This document shows, piece by piece, positions 35,823 through 48,027 of a stretch of DNA of 64,000 nt. Below the pieces are notes generated by a model, which saw only the letters and a program-made list of their open reading frames with translations, was not told the DNA's origin and did not search any database. Made by a program: the position numbers and the translations under genes. The DNA comes from Callorhinchus milii. Taxonomy: Eukaryota. Location: NCBI RefSeq assembly GCF_018977255.1, contig NW_024704743.1, positions 3,660,001 to 3,724,000 of the forward strand, written 5' to 3'. How positions within the stretch are numbered: the stretch's first letter is position 1; each line of letters begins with the position of its first letter.

Positions 35823-38509
35823 CAACAACAACAACAACAACAAGATTCCATTTATAAAGCGCCTTTCACGTCAGGAGGACGTCCCAAGGCGCTGCACAGT
35901 TGGGTCATGACCCGAGCAGAGGGGAAATGGTCAGGGTGAGGGGAGGGAAGGGAGGGGGCGAGGAAGGGGGAAATGGTTAGGGTGAGGGGAGGGAAGGGAG
36001 GGAGCGAGGAGGGGGGAAATGGTCAGGGTGAGGGGAGGGAAGGGAGGGAGCGAGGAGGGGGAAGAGAGTCGAGAGGGGAGCTGAAGGCACGGTCAAAGAG
36101 AAAGGTTTTGAGACCGGCCTTGAAGGAGGAAAGGGAGGAAGCGGCGAAGGCACTGGGGGATGGAGTTCCAGAGCCTGGGGCTGAGAGGCTGAAGGCCCGA
36201 CCACCGATGGGGCGGTTGGGGCGGGGACGTGGAGCAGACCGGAGCCAGAGGAACGGAGGGTACGGGCAGGTAGGTAGGGGGATAGTAGGTTGGAGAGGTA
36301 GGAGGGAGCAAGGCCGTGAATGGCCTTGTAGGTGAGGATGAGGATCTTGAAATCAATCCTCTGGGGGATGGGGAGCCAGTGGAGGCGAGCGAGGGTGGGA
36401 GTGATGTGGTCGCGAAGCCTGGTGCGGGACAGTACACGAGCTGCAGAGTTCTGAATGACCTGCAGCTTGTGGAGGGAGGTGGCGGGAAGGCCGGCGAGGA
36501 GAGAGTTCCCATAGTCCAGCCTTGAGGTGACAAAGGCGTGGACCAGGGTTTCAGCAGCGTGAGGGGTGAGGTAGTGCCGTAGTCTGGCGATATTCCGGAG
36601 GTGATGGAAGGCGGTGCCAGTTGTGGTGCGGATGTGAGGGAGAAAGGACAGCTCAGGGTCGAACAAAACGCCGAGGTTCCTGACTGGCTTTGAGAGGTGG
36701 AGAGTGCAGCCTTGGATGCTGATGGTGTCAGCGCCTGAGGTGCGGAGGCGCTGACGTGAGCCAATCAGGAGGGCCTCGGTTTTTCGCACGTTGAGCTGAA
36801 GAAAGTTGTCTCTCGTCCAGGACTCGATGTCGGACAGGCAGCTGTCAGGACATCGGTGGTCGTGGAGTTGAGAGTAGAGGAGGAAAGGTAGAGTTGGGTG
36901 TCATCCGCATACATGTGGAAGTTAACTCCATGTCTGCGGATGATGTCACCACAGGGGGAGCATATAGAGGGTGAAGAGGAGGGGACCGAGGACAGAGCCC
37001 TGAGGGACACCACATGAGACAGTACGGGGGGTGGAGGAGAAGCCATTCGTCGAGACAAAGTGAAGACGGTGAGAAAGGTACGACCTAAACCATTCAAGGA
37101 CAGTGCCTTGAAGGTTGAGGTGGGAGGACAAGCGGTGGAGTAGGATAGCGTGGTCGACCGTATCGAATGCTGCCGATAGGTCGAGGAGGACGAGGAGACA
37201 GAGGGAGCCCTGGTCACAGATGGTCAGGATATCATTGGTGACCTTGACCAGGGCAGTTTCTGTGCTATGGGCAGCACGGAAACCTGACTGAAGGGGTTCG
37301 AAAAGAGAATGGGTGGAAAGGAAAGAGCGCAGTTGGGAGGCGACAACTCTTTCCAAGACCTTGGAGAGAAAGGGGAGGTTGGAGATGGGCCGGTAGCTTG
37401 ATAGCTGCGACGCATCAAGGGAGGGTTTTTTCAGGGTGGGCGTGATGATGGCAGTTTTTAATGGAATGGGGACAGAGCCAGAGGAGAGGGACAGGTTGAT
37501 GATGTCAGTGATATGTGGGGCAAGAAAGTGGAGCTGGGAGATAAGGAGTGGAGTGGGGATGGGGTCAAGGGAGCAGGTGGTTGGTTTTAGGGATAGGATG
37601 AGTTCAGTGACAGAGGGTGGGGAAACGGGTACGAAGGTGTGTAGGGGAGGATGGGTAGGAGTCGGAGTGTGGGAGGGAAGGGGTGGGTGGTGGGTGGAAG
37701 TTGGAGGGGAAGTGACCGCGGAGCGGATTCCCTTGATCTTGGATTCAAGGAAATCCAGCATCTCCTCGCAGTGAAGGTTGGAGGAGATGACCTGCGCGGG
37801 GTGGCGGGGGGGACGGAGGAGTCGGGTTGTGGTGGAAAACAGTAGCCTGGGGTTGTTCTTCGCCTCCAGGATTATCCTGGAGTAGAAGGACGACTTGGCC
37901 GAGGCTAGAGTGGAGCGGTAAATTTTGAGGAGGTCCAGCCAGATTTGTCGGTGGACCGTTAGGCCAGATTTGACACAGGTGCGTTCAGCAGCCCGCACCT
38001 GGCTTTTCAGTGAGCGGAGGTGGGTGGTGTACCAGGGGGAGGAGCGGGAGTAGGAGACAGTGCGGGAAGTGATGGGGGCAAGAGTATCGAGTGTGGAGGA
38101 GAGGGTATTGTGGAGGAGGGAGAGAGGAGAAGAGGGGTCGGTGAGGGTTGAAGGCCAGAGGGAGAGGAGTTCAGAGGACTCCAAGGCATCGGTTAGGGAT
38201 TGTGGGGGTAACTTCTTCCAAGGGCGGTAGAAGATGGTGGTGGGTCTGGTGGAGGTGGGGAGGGGGGTGGAGGTGGTGAAGGAGATGAAGTAGTGGTCAG
38301 AGATGGCCTTGTCGGTAATAGTGACATCCGAGACACTGAGGCCCCGGGTGATCACCAAATCGAGTGGGTGGCCGTGACTGTGAGTGGGGGAGTTTATGTG
38401 TAAGGAGAGGTTGAGTGAGGAGAGCAGGGAAGAGAAGTCTGTGGAGATGGAGCAGGAGGGTGTGAAGTGTAGGTTAAAGTCGCCCAGGATGATGAGGCGA
38501 TCAGAGCAG
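35823..38509 (-). mobile_element. L2 LINE, ~2.7 kb, 5'-truncated, young
   Basis: (aac)n tail, 3' UTR repeats, continuous ORF2 homology; atcaa on both flanks (35818-35822, 38510-38514). Confidence 0.97.
36085..38509 (-). pseudogene. L2 ORF2 (APE endonuclease C-terminal half + reverse transcriptase), frameshifted
   Basis: APE motifs GDFNLH, PTH..GH.LDL, SDH; RT motifs [45 protein letters not shown]; frame changes near 36950, 36840 and 36180-36225. Confidence 0.95.
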
Positions 38510-39034
38510 ATCAAAGTCGTTAATGTGATGGGATTGAAACATGAAAAGCTCTGGAAGTTCCTCTTATTAAACACAGGGCCACATAGCGCAATGCAAATTA
38601 GACATAAATGACTGAATAAAGTTATCAGGCAGAACGTCAACAGAAATTCCTGCTTCACATTAATTACAGCAAATTTGTGTATTCATGAAGATAATTCAGC
38701 ACCGATAGAGCACACTTCATCTGACAAGATGGTTATCGATGTCTGAAACATTGGACGATGAAGATTAATGCAACTTTGAAGCGAATTTCCTATGAAAAGC
38801 TGCTCCCAACTCGAAGTGTTGCAATCTGCTCTGTTAACTGATGGAAGATTTCCAGCGGATCAAACGCTGTGTGCAGTTTGTACCATTGGTTTCGCTCCCT
38901 GGATCTATTCAGCCTTACTCTTACAGGGTCTGTCAGTCACTTGGTAAATCCACTGCAATAAAAAATAACGCTTCGAAAACAGTATTATATTTACCTCACC
39001 CGTTCCGGATTAGAATCTAATGCAATGCAATTTA

Positions 39035-39350
39035 CTTTTACACAGTGCCTTTCACACGGAGGGGACATTCCAAGGCATTTGACTCTGCTTTGCTGGCTGG
39101 CCACCTGAGTTGTGGTTCAGAGCTGAGGGGATGGGGTGGGGGAGTGGGGAAAGATCCCTGAAAGCGATACGTCTTGAGACGTACCTTGAATGAAGTGAGT
39201 GAGTGAGTGAGTGAGTGAGGGAGGGAGGGAGGAAGGGAGGGAGGGAGGGGAGCGAGTCGGATGGATTCCATGATGAACTTCCAGAGAGTGGGGGCAGAGT
39301 CGCTGAAAACCGTCTGCCGATGATGGGGCAAATACGGAGGGGGATATATG
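39035..39350 (-). mobile_element. Old L2 3' fragment with (GTGA)n/(GGGA)n tract
   Basis: SAPTLW...SFKVRLKTYRF peptide; tail gtgcctttcacacgg. Confidence 0.7.
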
Positions 39351-39767
39351 CGCACCATTTGGATCCATCGTATGCGTTCACTTTATACACCTGAATCCGA
39401 CAACATATATCAAACTCTGCTTTACGTGTTCTGGCACTTCAATCATCATATGAGGATCATATCAGCGTCATGTGATTTTTATGCATTTTCCCCTCTGCGG
39501 AACACTGAGCGTCAAGTACAGCAAAGAACGGGAACATTTTGAGTGGTAAAAAGATAGATTTGGGGCGCCGGGTGATGTGATGGAAGCCATTTTTTCTGCA
39601 GTTCTTTTTTGGAGGGTGGTTGGGTGGGGTGGTGTGGGGTGGGGGGGATGGAGGGGGTTTGAAAGGTTTCCGAATTAAGACTGAAATTTGAGGAAAAGCT
39701 GTCCGAAATTCTACACAGTAGTGAATTTTTAAGAGAACGGTCTGAAGGCTAAGATCATGTAGAATTT

Positions 39768-39910
39768 CAACCGGGCTCCTGCTTACTGCTGGGTAAACAG
39801 AGGCGTGCGGAGTGAGGAAACTTGCCTAGGATTTCGTCCTGGCCGGGAATCGAACCCGGGTCCTCTCGCTCGCGAGGCGAGAGCTCTCACCACTGAGCTA
39901 CAGGACACCA
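39768..39910 (-). mobile_element. Young SINE, 5' half
   Basis: ggtaaacagaggcgtgcggag...gggaatcgaacccggg...ccactgagctacagga. Confidence 0.9.
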
Positions 39911-40259
39911 CAAACGAAATGAAGGTTGTCAGTTTGCTTTAACCAAACCAAATCCAAAAAAGAACCTGAGTTAGCAGTTGTTGACTGGACGGCAGAGCTG
40001 TGTTACGGACAGAAGAAAGAGAAGCTTGCCTTCGGGTGACACACTCTCTAAAACTCGCTTAGAAGCGAGACTTGACGTTTACTGCCGGCAGAGTCGTTAC
40101 CAGAGACAGCTATCTGTGAGGTTGTCCTGAGGTGTTCCATGATTCCAGGCAGAGGGGTGAGCAGTTGGACAGAAGCAAAATGGTCTGCACATTTGATCAC
40201 CTGTACCTCGCTCCTAACATCTCTTAAATCTTCGGTTGTGCCGACAAATAATAAGAAAT

Positions 40260-40720
40260 AATCCTTCCATTTGGTGACGCTCCTTCCGCTTCAAGGAGGA
40301 TGTCTCAAAGCACTTTGTAGGCTATACTTGAAGTGACGTGACTTTGTGTGTTTTGTGGACGACCGTGGTAGACATTTTGCACGCAGCAATTGCCCACAAA
40401 CGACAAACAACAAGAAGTTTGCATTTGTATAGCGACAGCCATGGAGTGAGCAACCAATTTATAAGCAGGGCAGGACCTCAGAAGAAACTCCCTTCTCTGT
40501 TCGAGTCGTGAACTTGGGATCTTTAACGTTCACCTGAACAGGTAGACAGACCTCGCTTTGAGGTCTCACTTAAAGGATGGCACCCGGACAATACAGAAAC
40601 AACCCAAGCACTGGAGAATTCCGCCAAGATTATGTGTTTGGATTATGTGTGGATTAGGGTTTAGAACGCACGACTTTCTGACTCGGAGGAGAGAGTGTTA
40701 CCAATCGAGTCAGGATGACA
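40260..40720 (-). mobile_element. Old Deu-domain SINE, degraded
   Basis: gggatctttaacgttcacctgaacagg...ttctgactcgg...gagtgttaccaa head. Confidence 0.7.
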
Positions 40721-41069
40721 CAGATTGGAAAAAGATTAAAATGTTGTTTCCTGACATTTCCCTGTCAATTTCGGATCTTGAATTTAAATCGATGGGGATG
40801 CTCAGGCTGGTTTCTAAGTGAAGACAACATTAATATTATTATTATTATTAATATTATTATTATTAATTTAATTTAAATAACTTTTAAGCGCACAGCCCCG
40901 CCAGGTTTTCTGGATCACAAGTCAAAGTGTTTTGTTTTACAGATTGTCGGCAGCTTTGCTCAGTAAAGAACTGGTTTTAATAATATTAAGGGTGTCTAAA
41001 ACGCTGCTTTGCGCTGACAATTTGCGTTAGTGCAGCCAGGCGACTCTGCATACAAAACGCAACATCATT

Positions 41070-41398
41070 TACATTTATATAGCGTCTTTCACATCGGCAT
41101 AACGCCTCAATGAGCTGACTGGGGAGGGTGGGTGGGGGCAGTGGTGGTGGGGGGGGGGGGGGGTGGCGGCGGCTGAAAGCCCTGTTAAAAAGGTAAATCT
41201 GAAGTTGGGCTTGAAAAATGTATAAGGAGAGGGCGGTCGGTGAGGCAAAGGCGTGGAATTCCAGGGAACGTTTGTGGGACACTGCTGTGCGCAATCGCTG
41301 CCGCATTTCGCCCACAAAACACACAGTATATTCCGTGAAGCACTTTGAGACGTCTCGAAGACGCGATGAGGTGCTCTATCAAATGCAAGGATTATTGT
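41070..41398. mobile_element. L2 3' UTR (-) abutting a young SINE 3' half (+)
   Basis: catttatatagcgtctttcac at 41072; tttgtgggacactgctgtgcgcaa...atcaaatgcaaggattatt. Confidence 0.75.
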
Positions 41399-44300
41399 AC
41401 AACGGGGGGGGGGGGGGGGGGGGGGCATTGATGTAGCGTGCAAACTTGAGCGAAAGGTGGGAAGCGGGGGAGATGGGGTAATGAGGAAATAGGAGGGAGG
41501 TGACCATGGGCCATGGTTCAAGAAGGACATTGGCTTTGTTTTTAAATCTGTTCCGAACTCAGGCAGGGAACAACGGAGAGGGATTTGGGGGAAGGGGCGA
41601 GTTTCGGAAAGCAGGGGCTCAGGGGTTGAACGCTCATCCATTCTTCTGAAGAGAGGAAAAAACAGAGTGAGGGGAGGGAGAAGTAAAGAGGTCAGCAAAA
41701 TACAGGAAAAGTCTTGCAGACTCCGATTTTAAGATTTGGTATATTACCAATAATAATCGCATTAATAATTAATATGACTTATCCGCACATCTGGTACAGC
41801 ACCTTTCCTGTCAGAAGGATGGCCCAAAGCTCCTCATAGGATTTACTGTTAAGTGGACTGACGACTGTGAATTTGTGCCCGACTTAACAGCAATCAACTC
41901 AGGACAGACCAGCAATCAAACCTATGATTTTTACACGTGTGTGGGAGTATGGGAGAGGATGGGGAACATCAACAAATTGCATTTCTATAGCGCCTTTCAC
42001 ATCGGGATGATGGTCTAATGGAAAGGAGGAAGGAAGACCTTTCAACTTGTAAGTCATGAAGCACTAGGGAGCACCAGCAAAAGTTTTGATAATAATAATA
42101 ATAGTCCTTGCATTTGATATAGCGCCTTATCACATCATTGAGACGTCTCAAAGAGCTTCACAGGATATACTGTAAAGTGGTAGGACTGTGTACTTTGTGA
42201 GTGAACATCTAAGAGTTAAGTAAAGTTATAATGTGAAGTTATATATTTTATTTTGTTAACATGTTTCCCACTCATTAGTACTTTCAAACATCCATCATTT
42301 AATGGTTTCACCAAGATCTTTAGCAAGTCTAAACACAGTACTGAATTGACTTGAACAGATGTTAGTGCAGGCACATTAGGTTCATTAATCATCTATGGAT
42401 TTTATCTTGTATATTGTTTTAGAATACTCCCTGCTGGGAAAGATCACTGTTGCAAGGTGTGGGAAGAGAAGAAATGGGAAAATAATATACTATGATCTGA
42501 ATGTGGATTCTCACCCGTCGATACTTAATGAAACAAAAACAATGCAGTGAGATTGTTTGCTTATTGCTCAGAGGACAGAGGTTGTTAGAAATTAAAGGTG
42601 TATGGCCATACATCCTCTGGAATTCCCTGCCTCAATCCCTCTGCCTTGCCACCTCCTTGTCCATCTTCAGATGACACTTAAAGACTTTCCTCTTCAACTG
42701 TGCCTACAGTGACCTCCCCTATCACCCTGGCTCGGCATCAAACTGCTCCATTGCTAATCGCTCTGAGTTAGTGCTACACTGCGCCAGACTGACAACAATA
42801 AAAACTTGCATTTGTATAGCATCCTTCACTTCTAAGATTCCTTGGCGGTGTGGAGACTGATGCAGGTGAGTAAACGTGTAGCAGAGTTTTGTATCATTTG
42901 GAATTTGCTGGAAGTGGAGCTGGGGAGTCTGGAGAGGAATGCATTGGGAAAGTTGAGTTGGGAGGTGACGAAAGCATGAACGAGGGTTTCAGCAGCATTT
43001 GAAGTAAGGAAGGGGCAAGGGTGGTTGATGTGGTAGAGATGGAGGAAAGGGACCCATGCAAAGTGTTTAAACGTAATCTATTACAATCTATCTGACCCTT
43101 ACTGGCAAAACCTTTCTAAAATAGGATCATGTTCATTAGTCAGTGGCAAATATGGCCCTTGCATCCAGTGTTCCAGAAACGCAATTCATTCCTTTAGGGC
43201 TCTTTCTTATTAATTTCCAACTGTCAAGCCAAATAATCCTTTGAGTGCATATTTGCCCATTGCAGCTGACCAAAATAGACATACGCTTTATGGCATATAG
43301 CATCTCCGGTATCATCCTCTGTTTCGTTTCTCATGCTGAATATTGCTCAAAGAATTGTTGAACCCTACACAACTGTGATACTCGTAGTTTGATAAATAAT
43401 AATAATTTTTACATTCGATATAACACCTATCACATCAGGAAGACATCTCAAAGTGGTTTCACTGGATTTTTACTGTAAAGTGTAGGGACTGTGCATTTTG
43501 TACGTGACCAATTATACCTGGGTGATTGTTATCCAGGACACAAGGAAGAACTCCCTTCTTTTTCCAAGTAGTACTGTGGGATCTTTAATGTTCACCTATG
43601 AGTTCAAAAACCTGGTGTGGGACTTGAACGCATTCTGTAACAGGGGGATGATAAGTTGGGTATTCTGGAAGGATGAGATCAAACGAGTCAAAGGGATTTT
43701 TTCATCCGAACGATCTTGAGAATTGTTGGGCCATCTTCAAAACTCTCCCAATCCATTGACTGAGCCTTTCAGAAATGTTTCAAGCACTTCAAACCGCTGG
43801 AAGCCATAAGTTAAAGCAAATTTATTTCAGAGAAAACTTGTTGCATTCATGAGGGGGAAGGGAATCGAGGGGTATAAGTGAGGGGAATAAAAGGGATGTA
43901 GGCTGGCGTGGAGTATAAACCCAGGCACATACTAGGTGGGCTGAATGGCCTATTTCCATATTGAATCACTCTATGAAACTCAATGTAACATGAAATTTCC
44001 TGTTGAACAACGTTGTGGGAGCCCATCGCCCCAAGGACTGCACAGGTTTAAAGAGGAGACGCCATTACCAACACTGCCATCTTCTCAAGACCACTGGGCA
44101 TGTGCAGCAAATGCCAGCCTTGCCAACGTCACCCACATCCCCAAAAAAGAGCTGGGAAAATATGCCTGTTCTCTGTAGATTATAACATGAATTATTACCT
44201 AAAGTACAGCGTTTTGTTTTGCAGCGCAGTTTTTAAAAATGAACAGTTTTCCACAGAAGGGTTAATCTTTGAGACTGGGTAATAATGAAACCCTGTATTT

Positions 44301-46459
44301 CCTCGATAAGTAAGGCAAAAGATTTTTAAAACGTGACTCAATAATACAAGAAAAACTGCATTCGGAAGTTTCTGATCTGTCAGCGCTTGATGCAGCAAGC
44401 TGTCATTATGGAATTAGTTCAAACTCCTAATCATTTTAAGGGTTTAAATTGTTTTCCTCGTGTTATCAGTCCGTCAGGTTGGTTTATCCAATGACGTTTC
44501 CTCAGTTTAAGCTTCAGTTGTGAGGAAAGCTTGGAATCAGCAGAAAAGTCATAATCTTGTGAGTTAACCACATTAAACTTATTTCAAAGGAAGAAATTGT
44601 GGGTCAGTGTGCATCTGTTCACAATAATGATAACTGCCAGAATTTAGCTTTGAACTTCTTACTGAAGCTTACAGTCCCAACATATTAAGCTTGACACAAG
44701 CCTTGCATTTAACCCTTAGAAAAAGGTTGGATTGAACTCGCTTTGAATGTGGCCGTTTAATTGGCTGGAGCTCTGACACGTTGGAGAGACGCAAGCTCGT
44801 TTTGCTCAAGTTGTCAGGTTAAACCCGTGCGGTTCTTTTCCGACAATGTGCGGCCCGAGAATGATTTAAAAACCAAGTGCGGAAAAGAAAGAGAATTTAC
44901 CTTTGCCCTGCCGAGTTGGGCGGTCGAGGTGGAGTCCATTGGAGCTTTTAGGAGGGAAGTAATAATAATAATGTTAATCCTTATCGCGTCATTGAGACGT
45001 CTCAAAGCGCTTCGCAGGATATATTGTGAATTGGAGTGACTGGGTATTTTGTGGGTGAAAATAGAGAGGCGTATGAAAGGGAGAGGCTTGAAGGGGTATG
45101 GGATGAGACGGGATGGTGAGGTTGAATTGATCGCCTTGCTCCGTGAGCCAGTGCGGATTCGATGGGCATCCTTCTGCTCTGTAGATTTCTATGTTTCTTC
45201 TTGAAGTGGCTGAGTGTGGGGTGGGTTGGGGGGGGGGGGGGGGGGGGGGAGGAGGGGAAAGATGACCGCCCTGCATGGTCAAACAAGTACGTTTTATGGT
45301 GTACCTCGAAAGAGCGGAGGGAGGGAACGAAAGGAGGGACCTGGGAATGGAATTCCAGAGAGCAGACGAGAATGGTTGAAATTAAGGAAGGCTTCTAAAC
45401 ACCTTGGTAGAAGCTTCTCAAGTCAGACCAGTTTCTGTCTTGGAGCCTTGGGGATCGAATCTCTTCCAAAGGCTCTGACACAAGTTGTTTTTTCCTCAAA
45501 AGACTCGACCACACCATTATACTGACTGAATGCCTCCCGTTGTGATGTCCCAGATTCAGGCAAACCTTTAGGCCACAAAGTGAATAGAATCAAACGCCTG
45601 CACACAGTGCACTCCGAGTTTGACAGCCCACAATTTGTTCCCATTTATCTCCCAAAACAGCCAATGATTAGCAGCAGCATTTTGTTCTGGGCGGTTTATA
45701 ACCTTTCAGAAAGTGATTGCGTCGAGGGGGGTGTAAGTTGCTGCTTTGCGATTTGTTGCTGAGAAATTATCGGAACAATGCCTTCTCTGTCTTCCGTGCA
45801 ACGTTGGAGGATAATTCGAGCCATTTGTAGCCGGTCTCTTGAGAAAATAAGATGATGGAAGGTGGATTCACTGATGGTAGAAGGAGTAAGTGCCCATTTT
45901 TTGCTGGCAAGTGACACTCGTGTCTCTGTATTGTCCATCTGATGAGAACTGACAAGTGCCCTGTTAGTCGAGGCTGATGGATCTGAAATGAAGCCTCGTG
46001 ACTGTTACTTAATGGATCCTTTTAGCATCAGGCCACCCTGATTTTTATCAAACATTTAATTGCGCTGCATTGTATCCTTTCCATCTACTTAATAACGTGA
46101 GTGAGAGAGCGCAGCAAGTTCTAATTAAGCCCAAACCACTTGGGAGATAGATGAGCCAATTCCATCAAAGCCTTCCATCGCTCTTCCTCCCCGGGGTGTC
46201 CCAGCTGTGTGGTCGCTCTCTTTGAGTCGCTGTCTCTCCCCCCTTCTCTCTCTCTCTCTTTTTCTCTCTCTCAGGAGGTTCAGGGAGAGCAGGATACAAG
46301 TTCTCTCCTTCAGATTTGCACCACGGTTGCTTCCTGATCTCAGCTCGGGGGCAATGCAGTAACGATGGGGTGGGTTTTGTAGTATTTCTCAACACTCTGC
46401 GAGCGGGCGACTTTAAGAAATCTGCTTTAAGAAAATCTACTTTAAGAAAACCGTGTTCA

Positions 46460-46760
46460 TAACTATGAGAGGGTTTTGACAGAGTAAATAAGGGTGAAAC
46501 CGTTTCCACTGGCGGGTGTGTCCGTAGCCAGAGGACACAGATTTAAGATACTTGGCAAAAGAACCAGAGGGGAGATGAGCAGAATATTTTTTCACGCAGA
46601 GAGTTGTTAAGATCTGAAAATCACTGCTTGAAAGGGTCGTGGAAACAGATTCAATAATAACTTTCAAAAGGATTTGAATATATACTTGAAAAGAAAAATT
46701 TTTTGCAAGGCTCCGGGGAAATAGCGTGGGGCTGGCACTAATTGGATAGCTCTTTAGTTT
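46460..46760 (+). mobile_element. CR1 3' fragment
   Basis: gagggttttgacagagtaaataagg...agaggacacagatttaag...tttttcacgcagagagttgttaagatctg. Confidence 0.8.
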
Positions 46761-47169
46761 TCATAAGTAAGAAATCCTGCTTAGAAACATCGCAAAATGA
46801 ACCCTAATCATTATGGAATCTCAAAAGTTATTTTTGTTGGACTTCGTTCGTGAAAACTATACAATATCACTGAACGATCATACGCGTCAGCACCCAAAGA
46901 GCTTTTGTGACTTCTAGTTTAAAAGCAGAGACAACTGAGTCACTACAGGTTAAGCTCAACCCAGCTAAGCGTTAACTTGCCGTTATGTGTATTTTGTAGG
47001 TGAACCTGGTAGTCAGTTTGCACACGGCAATGTCCTATAAACGACCAGGACGTGAGTGACCAATTTTATATTGGGGGAATTGTGGTCCAGGAACTGTGAG
47101 AAACCCCTTTCTCTTTTCAAATAGTGCCATGGGATCTTTGACATCCATCTGTGCAGACAGATGGGTCCT

Positions 47170-47370
47170 TAATAATAATATTAAAAATAATAATAATGAT
47201 CCTTGCAATTTAATACGGCGCCTTATCACGTCTTCTAGACGTCTCAAATGACCAATTTATTATTGTTTTTCATTTTGGGGGGATTATTATTGGGCGTGTG
47301 GAGTAAGGAAACTTGCCCAAGGTTTCACCCTGCCTGGAACTGAACCCAGGTGTCTCGCTTGCAACTGAGA
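47170..47370 (-). mobile_element. Young SINE short-body variant (deleted), nested in an old Deu SINE (46990-47545)
   Basis: ggattattattgggcgtgtggagtaaggaaacttgcccaagg; Deu SINE halves on both sides. Confidence 0.75.
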
Positions 47371-47636
47371 GCTGCAGTCCTCGGTTTAATGTCTCATCCG
47401 AAGGACGACATCTCTGACAATTCAACGTTCACCCAGTGTTGCATTGAAGTGTCTGTTTAGAGTTATATGAGTTCAAAGTCCCAACCAGGCAACTGAACCC
47501 ATAACCTTTTCTTCTAGAGGGCGAGAGAGTGCTACCAACTGATGCTCAGTGTTTTTCCAAATCTTAATCTAATCCTTGGTTTTGGCTATATAAACACAAG
47601 TTGTTGTTTCCTTGCCCCACTAAGGGCAATTGCAAT

Positions 47637-48027
47637 AGCCCTCCCCCCTACCCCTGTGACCTCCTAACCCACTTCCCACCCTACCGTTCCCTCCGCTCAG
47701 CGGGCTATGGCCTGCTTCAGGTGCCCTGCCTCGCCTGCCCCACCATTAGCAGGCGAGCCTTCAGCCTCTCTGCTCCCATCCTCTGGAACTCCATCCCACA
47801 GTCCCTCTGCCTTGCCCCCTCCCTCGCCTCCTTCAAGACGCGTCTCAAGACCCTCCTCAAGACCCTTCTCTTCGACCGTGCTTTTGATCACCCTCCTACC
47901 CCTCCCCTCCCCGCCCTCCACTCCTCCTGATCCCAACCACCAGCTTGGGTGCGGAATCCCTGACTGTCCAGCGCCTTGGGACCTCCTCCTGACGTGAAAG
48001 GCCAGATACAAATCTAATTTGTTGTTG
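47637..48027 (+). mobile_element. L2 3' fragment
   Basis: RSLRSAG..LLQVP...RAFSLSAPILWNSIPQSL; (gtt)n tail; ttgcaat on both flanks. Confidence 0.9.

Noticed and set aside
36946..38658. 570-aa ORF as a complete host gene
   Set aside because: It is L2 ORF2. The first ~50 residues are chance read-through from flank beyond the 5' truncation at ~38509, and the frame breaks before YADD.
39705..39768. 11-bp inverted repeat gaaattctaca/tgtagaatttc
   Set aside because: Unpaired 42-bp interior and no TSD; too short to call a MITE or RNA.
41404..41425. Long poly-G runs (also 10077, 27655, 45228) as functional G4 elements
   Set aside because: They sit within or beside decayed repeats, and homopolymer lengths are unreliable in assemblies.
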